From NCBI GenBank assembly GCA_030587475.2, contig JAUQYZ020000231.1:2948-66947 (forward strand): a DNA stretch of 64,000 nt. The letters are read 5' to 3'. The number at the start of each line of letters is the position of its first letter. Within the stretch, counting starts at the first letter, position 1. Below, one piece after another: positions 1 to 9,032 of this stretch. This DNA comes from Candidatus Sigynarchaeum calidifontis. GTDB taxonomy: Archaea > Asgardarchaeota > Lokiarchaeia > Sigyniarchaeales > Sigyniarchaeaceae. The notes under the pieces were generated by a model. The model worked only from the letters and a program-made list of their open reading frames with translations. It made no database searches and was not told the DNA's origin. A program made the translations under genes and the position numbers.

Positions 1-744
1 AAAGCCCTTGCGCGTCCAGTATTCGAAATAGGACGGGTAATCGAGTTTACCCTTGCCAACGACCGTGTAGTGTTTCCAGAACAGCGCCCCGGCGCCGTCT
101 TTCACGTGATGGTGACCGACGCGGTCTTTAACTGCATCGTAGAAGGTGATCGGGTGGATCTCGCCGGCCATGAAGTAGTTTCCAGGATCCATAAGGAGTT
201 TAAAGTAGGGATCCTTGATGTCCTCGAGGATGCGGAGAGTGTTCGCCCACGTGCTCACGGGCGAGAAGGCCTCGTTCTCGATAACGATTTCGATCTTCTC
301 TTGTTTCGCCATGTCGACGAATCTCGTGATGTCGTTGACAAGGACCCGCCAATGGTCGTCTGAGACCTTTGGCAACCCAAGATAGCCGAAGACGCGCGTC
401 CGGCTCGCCTTGAAGAACTTGACAATCTCGATAACCCGGGGCAACGCATTCCGGGACATTTCAACGTCCGTGCTGAACTTGCCACTCCCCAACTTGTGGC
501 CCGGCAACCACGGGGCGATGTTCTTGAACAGTGGCCCTGCGATGTTCGAAACCCCCATCTTGTTCTGGTCAAGCAAGGCCTTCAGCTTGGCAAGCTCCTC
601 GTCGGTAAAGTTGATGATGTTCTTGCCCCAGACATTACGAAACTCCACGGCTTTTATCTCGTATTTTTTCAAGGTGGGAAGGATGTTCTCGACGTCCTGG
701 CCGATCTCGTCGGTGATGACCGATAGCTGCTCGGTTGGTTTCAT
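1..744 (-). CDS. Xylose isomerase-like TIM-barrel protein (sugar phosphate isomerase/epimerase family), C-terminus cut by the window edge
   Basis: My own minus-strand translation from ATG 744 stays open to base 1 (248 codons). It is absent from the ORF track because there is no stop in the window. Sequence: MKPTEQLSVITDEIGQD...QEKIEIVIENE...LLMDPGNYF...GHHHVKDG, the typical metal-ligand pattern of this fold. Listed ORFs 70-363, 255-572 and 410-787 are shadows of it. Confidence 0.7.
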   Translation of the reverse strand, partial: MKPTEQLSVITDEIGQDVENILPTLKKYEIKAVEFRNVWGKNIINFTDEELAKLKALLDQNKMGVSNIAGPLFKNIAPWLPGHKLGSGKFSTDVEMSRNALPRVIEIVKFFKASRTRVFGYLGLPKVSDDHWRVLVNDITRFVDMAKQEKIEIVIENEAFSPVSTWANTLRILEDIKDPYFKLLMDPGNYFMAGEIHPITFYDAVKDRVGHHHVKDGAGALFWKHYTVVGKGKLDYPSYFEYWTRKGF

Positions 745-783
745 AATCCATCGCCGTTCTGTAATTTATGCGTTCGACATTGT

Positions 784-1785
784 TTAAAAGCAGATCTCAT
801 CGAGCCTGTCGACGTCGATGGCGTCCTTGATCTCCCGGGCAATGCGGCGCCCCATCGACATGGGTTCACCCCACATGACATAGCTATACGGGCTATATGG
901 CACGAAAAAATTGGTTCCGGCAACGATGCGCCCTGAAAACTCGAACGTGTAGACCTTGAGATCGCGGTCGACGACCATCTCAAGACAAAATGCGCCGTTC
1001 AAGCCCGGCGGAACGAGCCGCTTGGTAGCCTCTATGAAATTCTCCCCGTCCTTCTGGATTTGCACTGCGAGCGATTCCCTCAAGACAAGCGGGTAATTTC
1101 CCACGATGGTGAAGGTCGGGTTATGTTCGTCGAAAAACATCTCGAGTGAAGAGTCCACGTCGCTTTCATAACGCCGGTCGACACAAAATAATTCCGTGCG
1201 GTTCCGGATCGTGCTGTGGAAAAATGAAGGGTAGATGTTTGTCCCGCGGATGAGTTCCTGAATGAGCTTGGGTTTATCTGCCTCCCCGGGGAGCTTCTTG
1301 ATCCGCTGCCTGAGCTCGGCCGGCGTCCTCGCGATGTAGAATCCCTGGCCGCCGTGGGCACCGTGGTGCTTCACGATGACCGGGCGGTCGACCTCGTCGA
1401 CGGTCTTGAATTCTCTCGGTAACAAGAGACCGGCGGCCTTCATCAAGTCAGACTTTTTTTGCCGGTCACTTTCCCATTCCAACATCTTCTTGTTGCCAAA
1501 AATGGGTATGCGAAATTCCTTCATGAGCCGGTCGAGCTCATAGTATGCAACGAAAGAACCATGGGGAACGACGATACAATCCTCGATCTGTTCTTGCATG
1601 TCGAAAATGTCATTATAATTGTTGATCTCGATGGTTTCATTGCAGATACCGAATGACTCATAGAAACGAGCCGTTCCTTTCTTGCAGATGAGAAGCGTCG
1701 AGAAACCTTCGTCCATCGCGCCGCGCAAAATGTTGAGAGCGCTGTGGGAACCGATCGTGCAGATCCTTGGCTTTTTCACGAACAA
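784..1785 (-). CDS. purP: FAICAR synthetase, archaeal ATP-grasp PurP
   Basis: ORF 784-1944 is collinear with archaeal PurP (ICTIGSHSALNILRGAMDEGF, VVPHGSFVAY, IFGNKKMLEWESDR, IVGNYPLVLRESL, VPPGLNGAFCLE, GEPMSMGRRIAREIK). The first 53 ORF codons look non-homologous. The likely start is TTG 1785 or GTG 1779. Confidence 0.85.
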   Translation of the reverse strand: MFVKKPRICTIGSHSALNILRGAMDEGFSTLLICKKGTARFYESFGICNETIEINNYNDIFDMQEQIEDCIVVPHGSFVAYYELDRLMKEFRIPIFGNKKMLEWESDRQKKSDLMKAAGLLLPREFKTVDEVDRPVIVKHHGAHGGQGFYIARTPAELRQRIKKLPGEADKPKLIQELIRGTNIYPSFFHSTIRNRTELFCVDRRYESDVDSSLEMFFDEHNPTFTIVGNYPLVLRESLAVQIQKDGENFIEATKRLVPPGLNGAFCLEMVVDRDLKVYTFEFSGRIVAGTNFFVPYSPYSYVMWGEPMSMGRRIAREIKDAIDVDRLDEICF

Positions 1786-1990
1786 TACCTTCCGGGTTGA
1801 TATGAATGGGCGTTGAAACCGCCAGGTATTTGACAAAAGATTCTCTCGGTATATTTGAACATTGTTAATAATGCAACTCACGGGGATTGACCACGGGAGG
1901 CCGAGCTGGAACCCGTCTCGGCCGTCTCTAGAAATTCGCTGCACGCTCCTGGCTTATCATCTACGAAGCCGATCAGCTTTACCGACAACC

Positions 1991-2458
1991 ATGCTCGATG
2001 AACAAGCGATCGTCAAGATTGCACGGGTCTGCCCGTCGAGGGAGGCCGCATCTGACCAGGTCAAGGCATACCTGGCGAATCGCGGATGGCTGATCGCCGA
2101 GCGGGAGGAGTTTGACGTCGTGGCTGTCCATCCGAGCGGTTCCCGCGCCATCATCAAGTTCTGGATCCGGACCGACAAGAAACCCGTTCCGAAGTTTTAT
2201 GTCAAGAAATTCGACAAGGCGGTGCAAGAGTTCGTCAAGGAAAACGACATTAAAGATAACGTGGTAGCATTGCTGGTCACCAACATGGTTTTGGATGACG
2301 AGGCTTACGCGTACTACCGTCAAGTCGGGCGTTTCACGATGAAGCTGTGCTGCATCGCGATGGATATCAAGGAGCAGGTGGCCATGATTCATCAGGAAAC
2401 TATGCCCGTCCGGCGAAAGAACGTCCAGACATCGCTGCAGCGCTACGTGCCTGCTTGA
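1991..2458 (+). CDS. Hypothetical protein, possible restriction-endonuclease-like (Mrr_cat / PD-(D/E)xK-like) fold
   Basis: ORF 1862-2458, with the probable start at ATG 1991 (MLDEQAIV). The pattern LANRGWLIAE..FDVVAV..AIIKFW..VVALLVTN..DDEAY resembles the Mrr catalytic-core topology, but the acidic residue of the ExK motif is not evident. Confidence 0.45.
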   Translation: MLDEQAIVKIARVCPSREAASDQVKAYLANRGWLIAEREEFDVVAVHPSGSRAIIKFWIRTDKKPVPKFYVKKFDKAVQEFVKENDIKDNVVALLVTNMVLDDEAYAYYRQVGRFTMKLCCIAMDIKEQVAMIHQETMPVRRKNVQTSLQRYVPA

Positions 2459-3696
2459 CGACCTTGCTCCTCTTTATTCGCAGATCTCATGAAATCGAGC
2501 AAAGCTTGGAGCACGACATCCATGTGCTCGCCGCTGACCCCGCTCATCGTGTCATGGCGCGTGTTCGCAATGGTGCAAGCATGGGAGACCCATATGGACG
2601 GCATGCCGATCGCTGCAAACGGGGCGTGGTCTGATGCGGGATAGGGCATCCACGTGCTGATCCCCTTCTTGGTTCGCTTGACCAGATCGTCTATAAGTAT
2701 TTGCAAGTCAGCATCTTTGGGCGGGCGGGTGATCCTCGGGAACCCGAACGATGCGCTAATAACGAGCGGCCCCGAACCACCCGGCTCGTCAATCGAGACG
2801 AAGCACGCCCGACCATTCCCGTCCCGGCCGAACTTGCGCTCGTGCCTCGCCGCGTGGAAGGCTGACCCCCACAAGCCTTCCTCCTCCGCGTCGAAGAACA
2901 CGAACGTGATCTCGGAGAACCGCGAGCCGGCTCCCAATTTCTTGCACGCGCCCGCCAGCTCGAGCAATACCGCGCAGCCCGTGGCGTTGTCGACCGCTCC
3001 ATCGGATCGGTTCGTTCTCTTGTTGGCGAGCCTTGCCACGAGCGTGCAGCACGAGAGCAAGCACAAGAGGGCGATGGCGAGACGAAACCACGGGCTCGCC
3101 ACGTTGCCGGCCAATGCAATGATACCCTCGATAATGGCAAGCACCCCGACGAACAAGATGCCGACCGTGTTTCCAAGGAAAATGAAGAGATTAAGCCCGG
3201 GTGGAAAAGCCAGTGATATCGAATCATAATGCGCCCCGACGATGAGCCGGGGCCGCTTGCGATCGCCCGCGGCGTGATTATCGAGCTTCGCGACGATGTT
3301 GATGCCCCGCTTGGCGTTGCGCGGCAACTCGCCAGTTCCTTCGAGCGTGGCATTCATCCGCCATTTAAGCGGCATCGAATACTGGAAGAACAGCACGGAA
3401 AGCAACACGGTCGCCAGGAGCGTTGTGAGCCACGCCGTTTCCCCGGGTTGGAACCACAAGATGGCAAAGATGCAATAATCCGTGATGGCCAGGGAAATGA
3501 TAACAAGGGTATTTACCACGTGCAGCCGGCGCGGCTTGTACCAGAAGACCTCTTCGGCAGCATCGTACCCCCGTGCCTTCAAATCCGCGGCGATGATCTC
3601 GCGCGCCCGGTCGTTCCCGCTCGTGCCCGTCCGCCGCGGGAAGGCGAGGCGCCCGGCAAGTGCTATCAATGTCCCGGCTGCATGTTCGCTGCTCAT
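2443..3696 (-). CDS. M28 family zinc aminopeptidase with internal transmembrane segments
   Basis: M28 motifs GAHYDS, DNATGCAVLLELA, FVFFDAEEEGLWGS and SDHAPF are present, with several hydrophobic helices in between. Its ATG overlaps the upstream gene stop (ATGA at 3696-3693). Confidence 0.85.
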   Translation of the reverse strand: MSSEHAAGTLIALAGRLAFPRRTGTSGNDRAREIIAADLKARGYDAAEEVFWYKPRRLHVVNTLVIISLAITDYCIFAILWFQPGETAWLTTLLATVLLSVLFFQYSMPLKWRMNATLEGTGELPRNAKRGINIVAKLDNHAAGDRKRPRLIVGAHYDSISLAFPPGLNLFIFLGNTVGILFVGVLAIIEGIIALAGNVASPWFRLAIALLCLLSCCTLVARLANKRTNRSDGAVDNATGCAVLLELAGACKKLGAGSRFSEITFVFFDAEEEGLWGSAFHAARHERKFGRDGNGRACFVSIDEPGGSGPLVISASFGFPRITRPPKDADLQILIDDLVKRTKKGISTWMPYPASDHAPFAAIGMPSIWVSHACTIANTRHDTMSGVSGEHMDVVLQALLDFMRSANKEEQGRQAGT

Positions 3697-5168
3697 AGAT
3701 TCCGCCCGTGAAGTGAAAAATCCCGTCTTGTTACGAGCTTATAGATACCCTTGAATGCCCTCACGAAAACATCGCGATCGAGCAGGAACAGCATGGCAAA
3801 GATGAAAAGGATCAAGAAGATCTCTGCATAAGGGAACAAGGGAGTAACGAGAATCCAGAAGAAGTACGCGGCGATGCCAGCGATCAACATAACGGAGAAG
3901 GCAACCACGTTAATCCAAAAGAACACGTGGCGGCGACCGAACGGGTTGCGGATCTTGGCGACGAAAAGCCAGAGAAAAGCACGTGCGATGCGCGGCTTGT
4001 TCTTGTACTTGTCCATAACTCGCCGCACGTGCGCCTTTTCAGCCTCGACTTCGTAATCACGGGGATAACCGAAGAGCAAGACAGCGATCATACAGATGAG
4101 CACGGCAGCGATGATGACGATGACCGCGAGCAGCGGGAAATATTCGGCCGGCACTATGCGGAGATATGCAAGAACCTCGTCTCGACCCTCCTCGTCGACG
4201 ATCAGCGCATCTTCCAAGGTCGCGATGATGTTCTGGCCGAGCAAGACCGTGTTATCGTCCATGAAGATGCCATACACGTGAACGGATGCCCAGTGATTGA
4301 GGAACACGTAGGGGGTCGTGTTGTTGATTTTCACGGCCGTGAACCAGTGGCGAGCGCCGCACGCGACGAAAGCCTGGCCCGTGAGGTTTCCCTGATTTAT
4401 CAACCGGCGGATGAAGCTGACCGTGACCACGGCGATGCCGTCACAATCATCCCGCGCTTGAAGATTGGAGTTCGTTGGATTCGCCTTCCAAGCTTCAGTG
4501 AAGCTCCAGCGGGACAAGGCTTCGTCGGGGGTAGGAACGTGATCCGACACGTGCCAGGTCCACGAGTCTTCAGTCCAGCGAATGATCATGTTTTGGATGA
4601 AATAATCGACGATGAGCAGCTTTTGGAATTGAGAATAATAAGAAGGGGACGAGAACGTGGTCAGGCTCAACCCGGATGCGGATATCGTCTTTGAAAAAAC
4701 ATGGTAATAAACGTCCTCCATGGGTTTGCTGGTGTCGGTCAAGTTATCCGCGTAATACGTGAGGCTATTGGAGAAATCCGTACTGCGATTATCCAGCCAC
4801 CACTTGAATGCATTGTCCAATTCCTCCATTTTCGAGCTATCTGTCTGGATCAACGTGCTTTTGAACGCGTGGCGCCATATCTGCGACGGCCAGAGGGAAG
4901 GATTTTCCACGAGAGCGCCGATCGTGAGGAATGTTGCAGCAAAGGCGATGAACGATGCTCGAGTGAATCGGATGCCGAAATTCTTCTTGCGAATGGTCGC
5001 GGCGAATACGACTATCGAAGTGATGGCCATTATCATGCCGTTCGCGACCATGTATCCATTTATAAAGATGATGAGCCCGATGAAGAGTGGCACCCCGATG
5101 ATCAAGAACATCCACGACTGCCGGGATAGCCTTTTCTGCCGGGATGCAGGGAGAGTTTGCTGGGTCAT
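3693..5168 (-). CDS. Multi-pass membrane protein with a transglutaminase-like (BTLCP-like) cysteine protease domain
   Basis: 491 aa with N- and C-terminal TM clusters. The central soluble domain has RDDCDGIAVV ... ARHWFTAV ... VFLNHW, which resembles the Cys-His-Asn/Asp arrangement of transglutaminase-like cysteine proteases. Coding is well supported. The function is inferred. Confidence 0.6.
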   Translation of the reverse strand: MTQQTLPASRQKRLSRQSWMFLIIGVPLFIGLIIFINGYMVANGMIMAITSIVVFAATIRKKNFGIRFTRASFIAFAATFLTIGALVENPSLWPSQIWRHAFKSTLIQTDSSKMEELDNAFKWWLDNRSTDFSNSLTYYADNLTDTSKPMEDVYYHVFSKTISASGLSLTTFSSPSYYSQFQKLLIVDYFIQNMIIRWTEDSWTWHVSDHVPTPDEALSRWSFTEAWKANPTNSNLQARDDCDGIAVVTVSFIRRLINQGNLTGQAFVACGARHWFTAVKINNTTPYVFLNHWASVHVYGIFMDDNTVLLGQNIIATLEDALIVDEEGRDEVLAYLRIVPAEYFPLLAVIVIIAAVLICMIAVLLFGYPRDYEVEAEKAHVRRVMDKYKNKPRIARAFLWLFVAKIRNPFGRRHVFFWINVVAFSVMLIAGIAAYFFWILVTPLFPYAEIFLILFIFAMLFLLDRDVFVRAFKGIYKLVTRRDFSLHGRNL

Positions 5169-5555
5169 TATCGATGCTTCCTTGCCGTTCTCTTGATCCC
5201 AAGACTCGCTTGGAGAAAATAAAGGTCACACCTTAGCCTTCGGATGTCGATTTACGCCTCCCGGGCGGGATGACCGAACTATACCATAACAATGGTTTCG
5301 GGTCAAATGGTGAAAGACCTAAAAGGGAAGGGCGTATACAATCAGAATTTTTCGTGGTTTAGGTAACGCGGGATGCCGGCTCGCCCTTGCTAGGGTAACA
5401 TGTATATGTGCTTTTAATTGCGCTGGCGGGGTCGTTTTCAATAGGTTTAAATATGCTGATAGACCAACAAACATCGATCAAATGTGTCCCGCCGTAGCAT
5501 ATCTTGACCTTATACGACCGAGACACGCCTCTAATCTAGATGAGCCCCGGTAGCC

Positions 5556-8500
5556 ATGGGTGAAGAGCCCGAGAAGAAACGTCGTCCGCGCGCCAAGCCG
5601 GCGGTGGATCAGCCCTCCTCCGAGAATAAAAAGCGGGAGCGAACCAAGCCAGCAAGTAATGGAAGCATAATGGGGGGAGAAAAGAAGAAGCGTGAGAAGG
5701 TGGAACAAGCAACCCAGGCCGAACCAGATAGTGACACGAAGGATACTTCCGTGATCAAGCAGGGTTCGATTGCTTCTTTCATGAGAAAGCGGACACAATT
5801 AGTCGGTTTCGATACAGGGCATTTCAAACACGTCCAATACGCCGTGGAATTCGTTGATAACAGTCTTGATGCCATTGAATCTTTCCACTGGAAGAATACC
5901 AACCCTGAAATTGCCTACCAGCTCGAATCCGGGCTCGAAAGTGGTCTCGACAAGCTCGTGAACCTAGAGTCCGAACTGATGGATGCCACGACCACGGTCG
6001 TGCATGGCTTGTCCCCTGACCTGGCCAACGTGTTCACGAGCATGGGCGAGTCTAACGGGGAAGCCGCTTCCGTTACAGGGCAGCAAAGCGCAGGCGCACA
6101 AGAAAGCATGGCCGAGGAATCCGAGGCAGAAGACACGCGAAAAGTGGAAGTCAAGACCAAGCTCGTCCAGCAAACTGATGTCGACCAGCGCATCGCCTCA
6201 ATTTCGGAAGCCATGGAGGCGCTCATCAACCCGTATATCGATCGCGTGCTCGCCGAGCCGATCATCATCATCAAGCTTAGCGAGGTCGAGGATCCCTCCC
6301 TCACGTTCCTCGATGAAAAGTCTGGAAAGCTGTACTGCTTCGAGATCTTCGATTCCGGCACGGGCATCGGGCAAGCTGACCTCGAGCGTTTCGGCACGTA
6401 CCTGGCATCGAGCAAGAGCGAGAAGCTCAAGCAGACGAGGGGTTCGCAAGGCTTCGGCAGCCCGTCAGCATTCAGTGACGCTCAGAATACGACGGGCAAA
6501 CCCATCCAGGTTATTTCAAAGCATTACAAGGCAGAAATGGGATACATCACCGAATTTTTCACCACGGGCGAGAACAAAAAGAGTTACAGCATCGAAACCC
6601 AACAAATCGACACGCCATTCCAGCACGGTACCTATGTTCGCCTCTATTATACGAACGTAAAATACAAGAGCGGGTTCGTCGACACGTATATTAAGCAAAC
6701 CGCCCTCATGAACTCGCACGTCAATATCATATTCATCGATCCCTATGGTGACACGCACGAATATCCACGACTGGTTAATGAATTTCCCGATGAGCCGAAA
6801 TATGCGAAGCCACACCCATCTTCGATAAATATCGGCGAATTCCAGGATATGCTTCGCACGACGACCTACTCGACCATCAAGCAGTTTCTCACCCACAGTT
6901 TCGTGCGCATTAGCGATAAAAACGCCCAAAATATCATCTACGGCGCGGAAGACGAGCTCCAAGACAAGGTCGGATTGCTGGAACTCTCGGATAAAGAATA
7001 TATTACAATACCGGAGAAGGTAGATGATTTTGTCTACTTGCTTAGCGAGGAAGAACGCGTTTTCGGGAAGTCAACGAAAGCCCGGAAGAAGATGGTCATT
7101 TACTTGCTGAATGTAGGTAAAACGGACGCCGTGGAAGCTTACAAGGACGTGTACAAGAAATATAAGGCAATTACCAGGGATATCGGGAAGATAGAAAACG
7201 AGCTGAAGAAAGCTATTACGGAGCGAGATTCGGCTGAGAAGAAAAAAGACAAGTCTGAAATCGCTAAGCGCATCAAGGAACTCGAAAAATCGAAGAAAGA
7301 CGCGGATAAGAGCAAGGACGATATTAAAAAGGAGTTCCACGAGTTTATAAAAGTACACAAAGACGCGTTCGAGGAAATCACTGATGAAAAAGTCGAAAGC
7401 GTAATGATGGAGAAATATAACACGATTTCGGTCTCCAGCACCTCGCCGAAGGACATTATGGAACTGCAAGTGAACGTTCTCTACAAGTATTTCACGGCGG
7501 AAAAATATCTTGCTCCGCCGACAGACACGGCCATTCCTGTCGGAGCAGACGTGCTCGAGTCTGTGCTAATTACGGAATTCGGTTTGCAGATTTCCAAGTT
7601 CGATTCATACTTCGCTGAGGACGAGGGTTCTACCATCGAAAATGATGTGGTCTCTCTCCCCAAGATGCAAAAGAAACTCAAGGAGGAGGCCGAGGAGAGC
7701 GATGATGAAGATCCAAAGTATCAAGCCTTGCTCAAGCTCAGCGAGGATGAATTTGTCCGCAAGATGGCGGCGATCCCTCTCATTAAATTCACCGAAATCA
7801 CTAATGACATCAAGAAAGATTTATACAAGGACTTGGTTGACTTTCCGGTCGACGTTTACAAGCAACCGGAGCTATATTCCGAGGAGATCGTGGAGGAGGA
7901 TCTCGATTTCGTTTCCGCGGTCACTCGCCCGCCGACTAGCGGGAAAGGACTCGCGTTCGTGGTCGAGGCGGCTATCGCCTATGGTAACAATGTCAAGCCA
8001 CCAGCAAAGCCTGCCGATGTCGTGTACCGGTTCGTCAACCGCACGCCCAAGCTCCGGGACAACGCGGACTGTGCCATCTGGAAGACCGTGAGCATGGTTA
8101 ATTGGAAAAATTATATGGTCGACACGTTCGACAACGGCATCCCGAAAGCCCCGATCCGCATATTCATCAACGTTTCGGGCCCGTTCGTGCACCTCATGTT
8201 CAAGTCTCAGTCAAAGCAGGCCCTCGCGGAAGACGAGAACTTGATCAAGGAGATAAAGCTCGCGCTGGAACAAGTCGGCCGGCGCTTGAAGGCATACATT
8301 TCCAAAAGGCAACGACACGCCGATTCGAAAAAGCGGGCCTCCCGATTTATCATGTTTGCCCCCCACGTCGCTCGTGCCTTGTACAATATCTTGAGCAAGG
8401 TACCTGAATACAAAGGAAACATCGCATCCCCCGACACGATCGAGGAACGAATCGTGATGGCAATCGGTGGTGCCCCAGCACGTGCACCATCCGTTACTGG

Positions 8501-9032
8501 ATTGAAACCGGTGACCCAGATCTCTGCAAAGCCTACCAGCGCACCCATTTCAGGCGTGAAAATGGCCACGACTCTGCCGATTCAAAAGTTGGCCGTGGCA
8601 GGGGCCGCGATACCGAGGCCTGTCGATGCCGCCACCAAGGGACCAGAGGCAAAGCCAGCGCTCGATAAAAAAATGCCCGTGCAGCAGAAACTCGGCGTGC
8701 CCGCGGCATCGCCAGCGCCCTCGACAAAGCCAGCAGCAGCGCCCGCGCAGTTGGCGGCCAGCGCGAAGCCGGTTGAGCAGCAAAAGCCCCCGGTTGCACC
8801 AGCGGCTGCAACAACTGCTGCAACAGCTTCACCGTTAAAACTAAATGAAGAGAATATACTAAAATGCATGCCGGAGGGAAAATACGTGAAGATTTCTTAC
8901 ATCATCAAGGCGCTCAACATCACGGACATCACCGAAGCACGGTTTTTGGAAGTCAAGCTCAAGACGCTCATCAATCAAGGAAAGCTTGAGCGAGAAATGC
9001 AGGATGGCAAGTCTTATTACAAGAAAAAATGA
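5556..9032 (+). CDS. top6B: DNA topoisomerase VI subunit B, unusually long (1158 aa) with several insertions
   Basis: GHKL N-box AVEFVDNSLDA, G1 box FEIFDSGTGIG, TRGSQGFG, an H2TH region HPSSINIGEFQDML..FLTHSFVRIS, and the transducer region LAFVVEAAIAYGNN, VYRFVNRTPKLRDNADCAIWK. Low-complexity insertions and tails are extra (see findings). Confidence 0.85.
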   Translation: MGEEPEKKRRPRAKPAVDQPSSENKKRERTKPASNGSIMGGEKKKREKVEQATQAEPDSDTKDTSVIKQGSIASFMRKRTQLVGFDTGHFKHVQYAVEFVDNSLDAIESFHWKNTNPEIAYQLESGLESGLDKLVNLESELMDATTTVVHGLSPDLANVFTSMGESNGEAASVTGQQSAGAQESMAEESEAEDTRKVEVKTKLVQQTDVDQRIASISEAMEALINPYIDRVLAEPIIIIKLSEVEDPSLTFLDEKSGKLYCFEIFDSGTGIGQADLERFGTYLASSKSEKLKQTRGSQGFGSPSAFSDAQNTTGKPIQVISKHYKAEMGYITEFFTTGENKKSYSIETQQIDTPFQHGTYVRLYYTNVKYKSGFVDTYIKQTALMNSHVNIIFIDPYGDTHEYPRLVNEFPDEPKYAKPHPSSINIGEFQDMLRTTTYSTIKQFLTHSFVRISDKNAQNIIYGAEDELQDKVGLLELSDKEYITIPEKVDDFVYLLSEEERVFGKSTKARKKMVIYLLNVGKTDAVEAYKDVYKKYKAITRDIGKIENELKKAITERDSAEKKKDKSEIAKRIKELEKSKKDADKSKDDIKKEFHEFIKVHKDAFEEITDEKVESVMMEKYNTISVSSTSPKDIMELQVNVLYKYFTAEKYLAPPTDTAIPVGADVLESVLITEFGLQISKFDSYFAEDEGSTIENDVVSLPKMQKKLKEEAEESDDEDPKYQALLKLSEDEFVRKMAAIPLIKFTEITNDIKKDLYKDLVDFPVDVYKQPELYSEEIVEEDLDFVSAVTRPPTSGKGLAFVVEAAIAYGNNVKPPAKPADVVYRFVNRTPKLRDNADCAIWKTVSMVNWKNYMVDTFDNGIPKAPIRIFINVSGPFVHLMFKSQSKQALAEDENLIKEIKLALEQVGRRLKAYISKRQRHADSKKRASRFIMFAPHVARALYNILSKVPEYKGNIASPDTIEERIVMAIGGAPARAPSVTGLKPVTQISAKPTSAPISGVKMATTLPIQKLAVAGAAIPRPVDAATKGPEAKPALDKKMPVQQKLGVPAASPAPSTKPAAAPAQLAASAKPVEQQKPPVAPAAATTAATASPLKLNEENILKCMPEGKYVKISYIIKALNITDITEARFLEVKLKTLINQGKLEREMQDGKSYYKKK

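Noticed and set aside
5169-5555. 387-nt divergent intergenic region, inspected for tRNA or ncRNA and small ORFs.
   Set aside because: I saw only AT-rich TATA-like stretches (for example TTTAAATAT at about 5447) and a 23-codon ORF. There was no cloverleaf-compatible sequence or conserved box motif.
8533-8869. Four overlapping ORFs of 70-99 aa on both strands (8533-8832, 8550-8783, 8582-8869, 8626-8838).
   Set aside because: They lie entirely within the Ala/Pro-rich, GC-rich linker of top6B. Low-complexity GCN/CCN repeats keep several frames open, so they are shadow ORFs.
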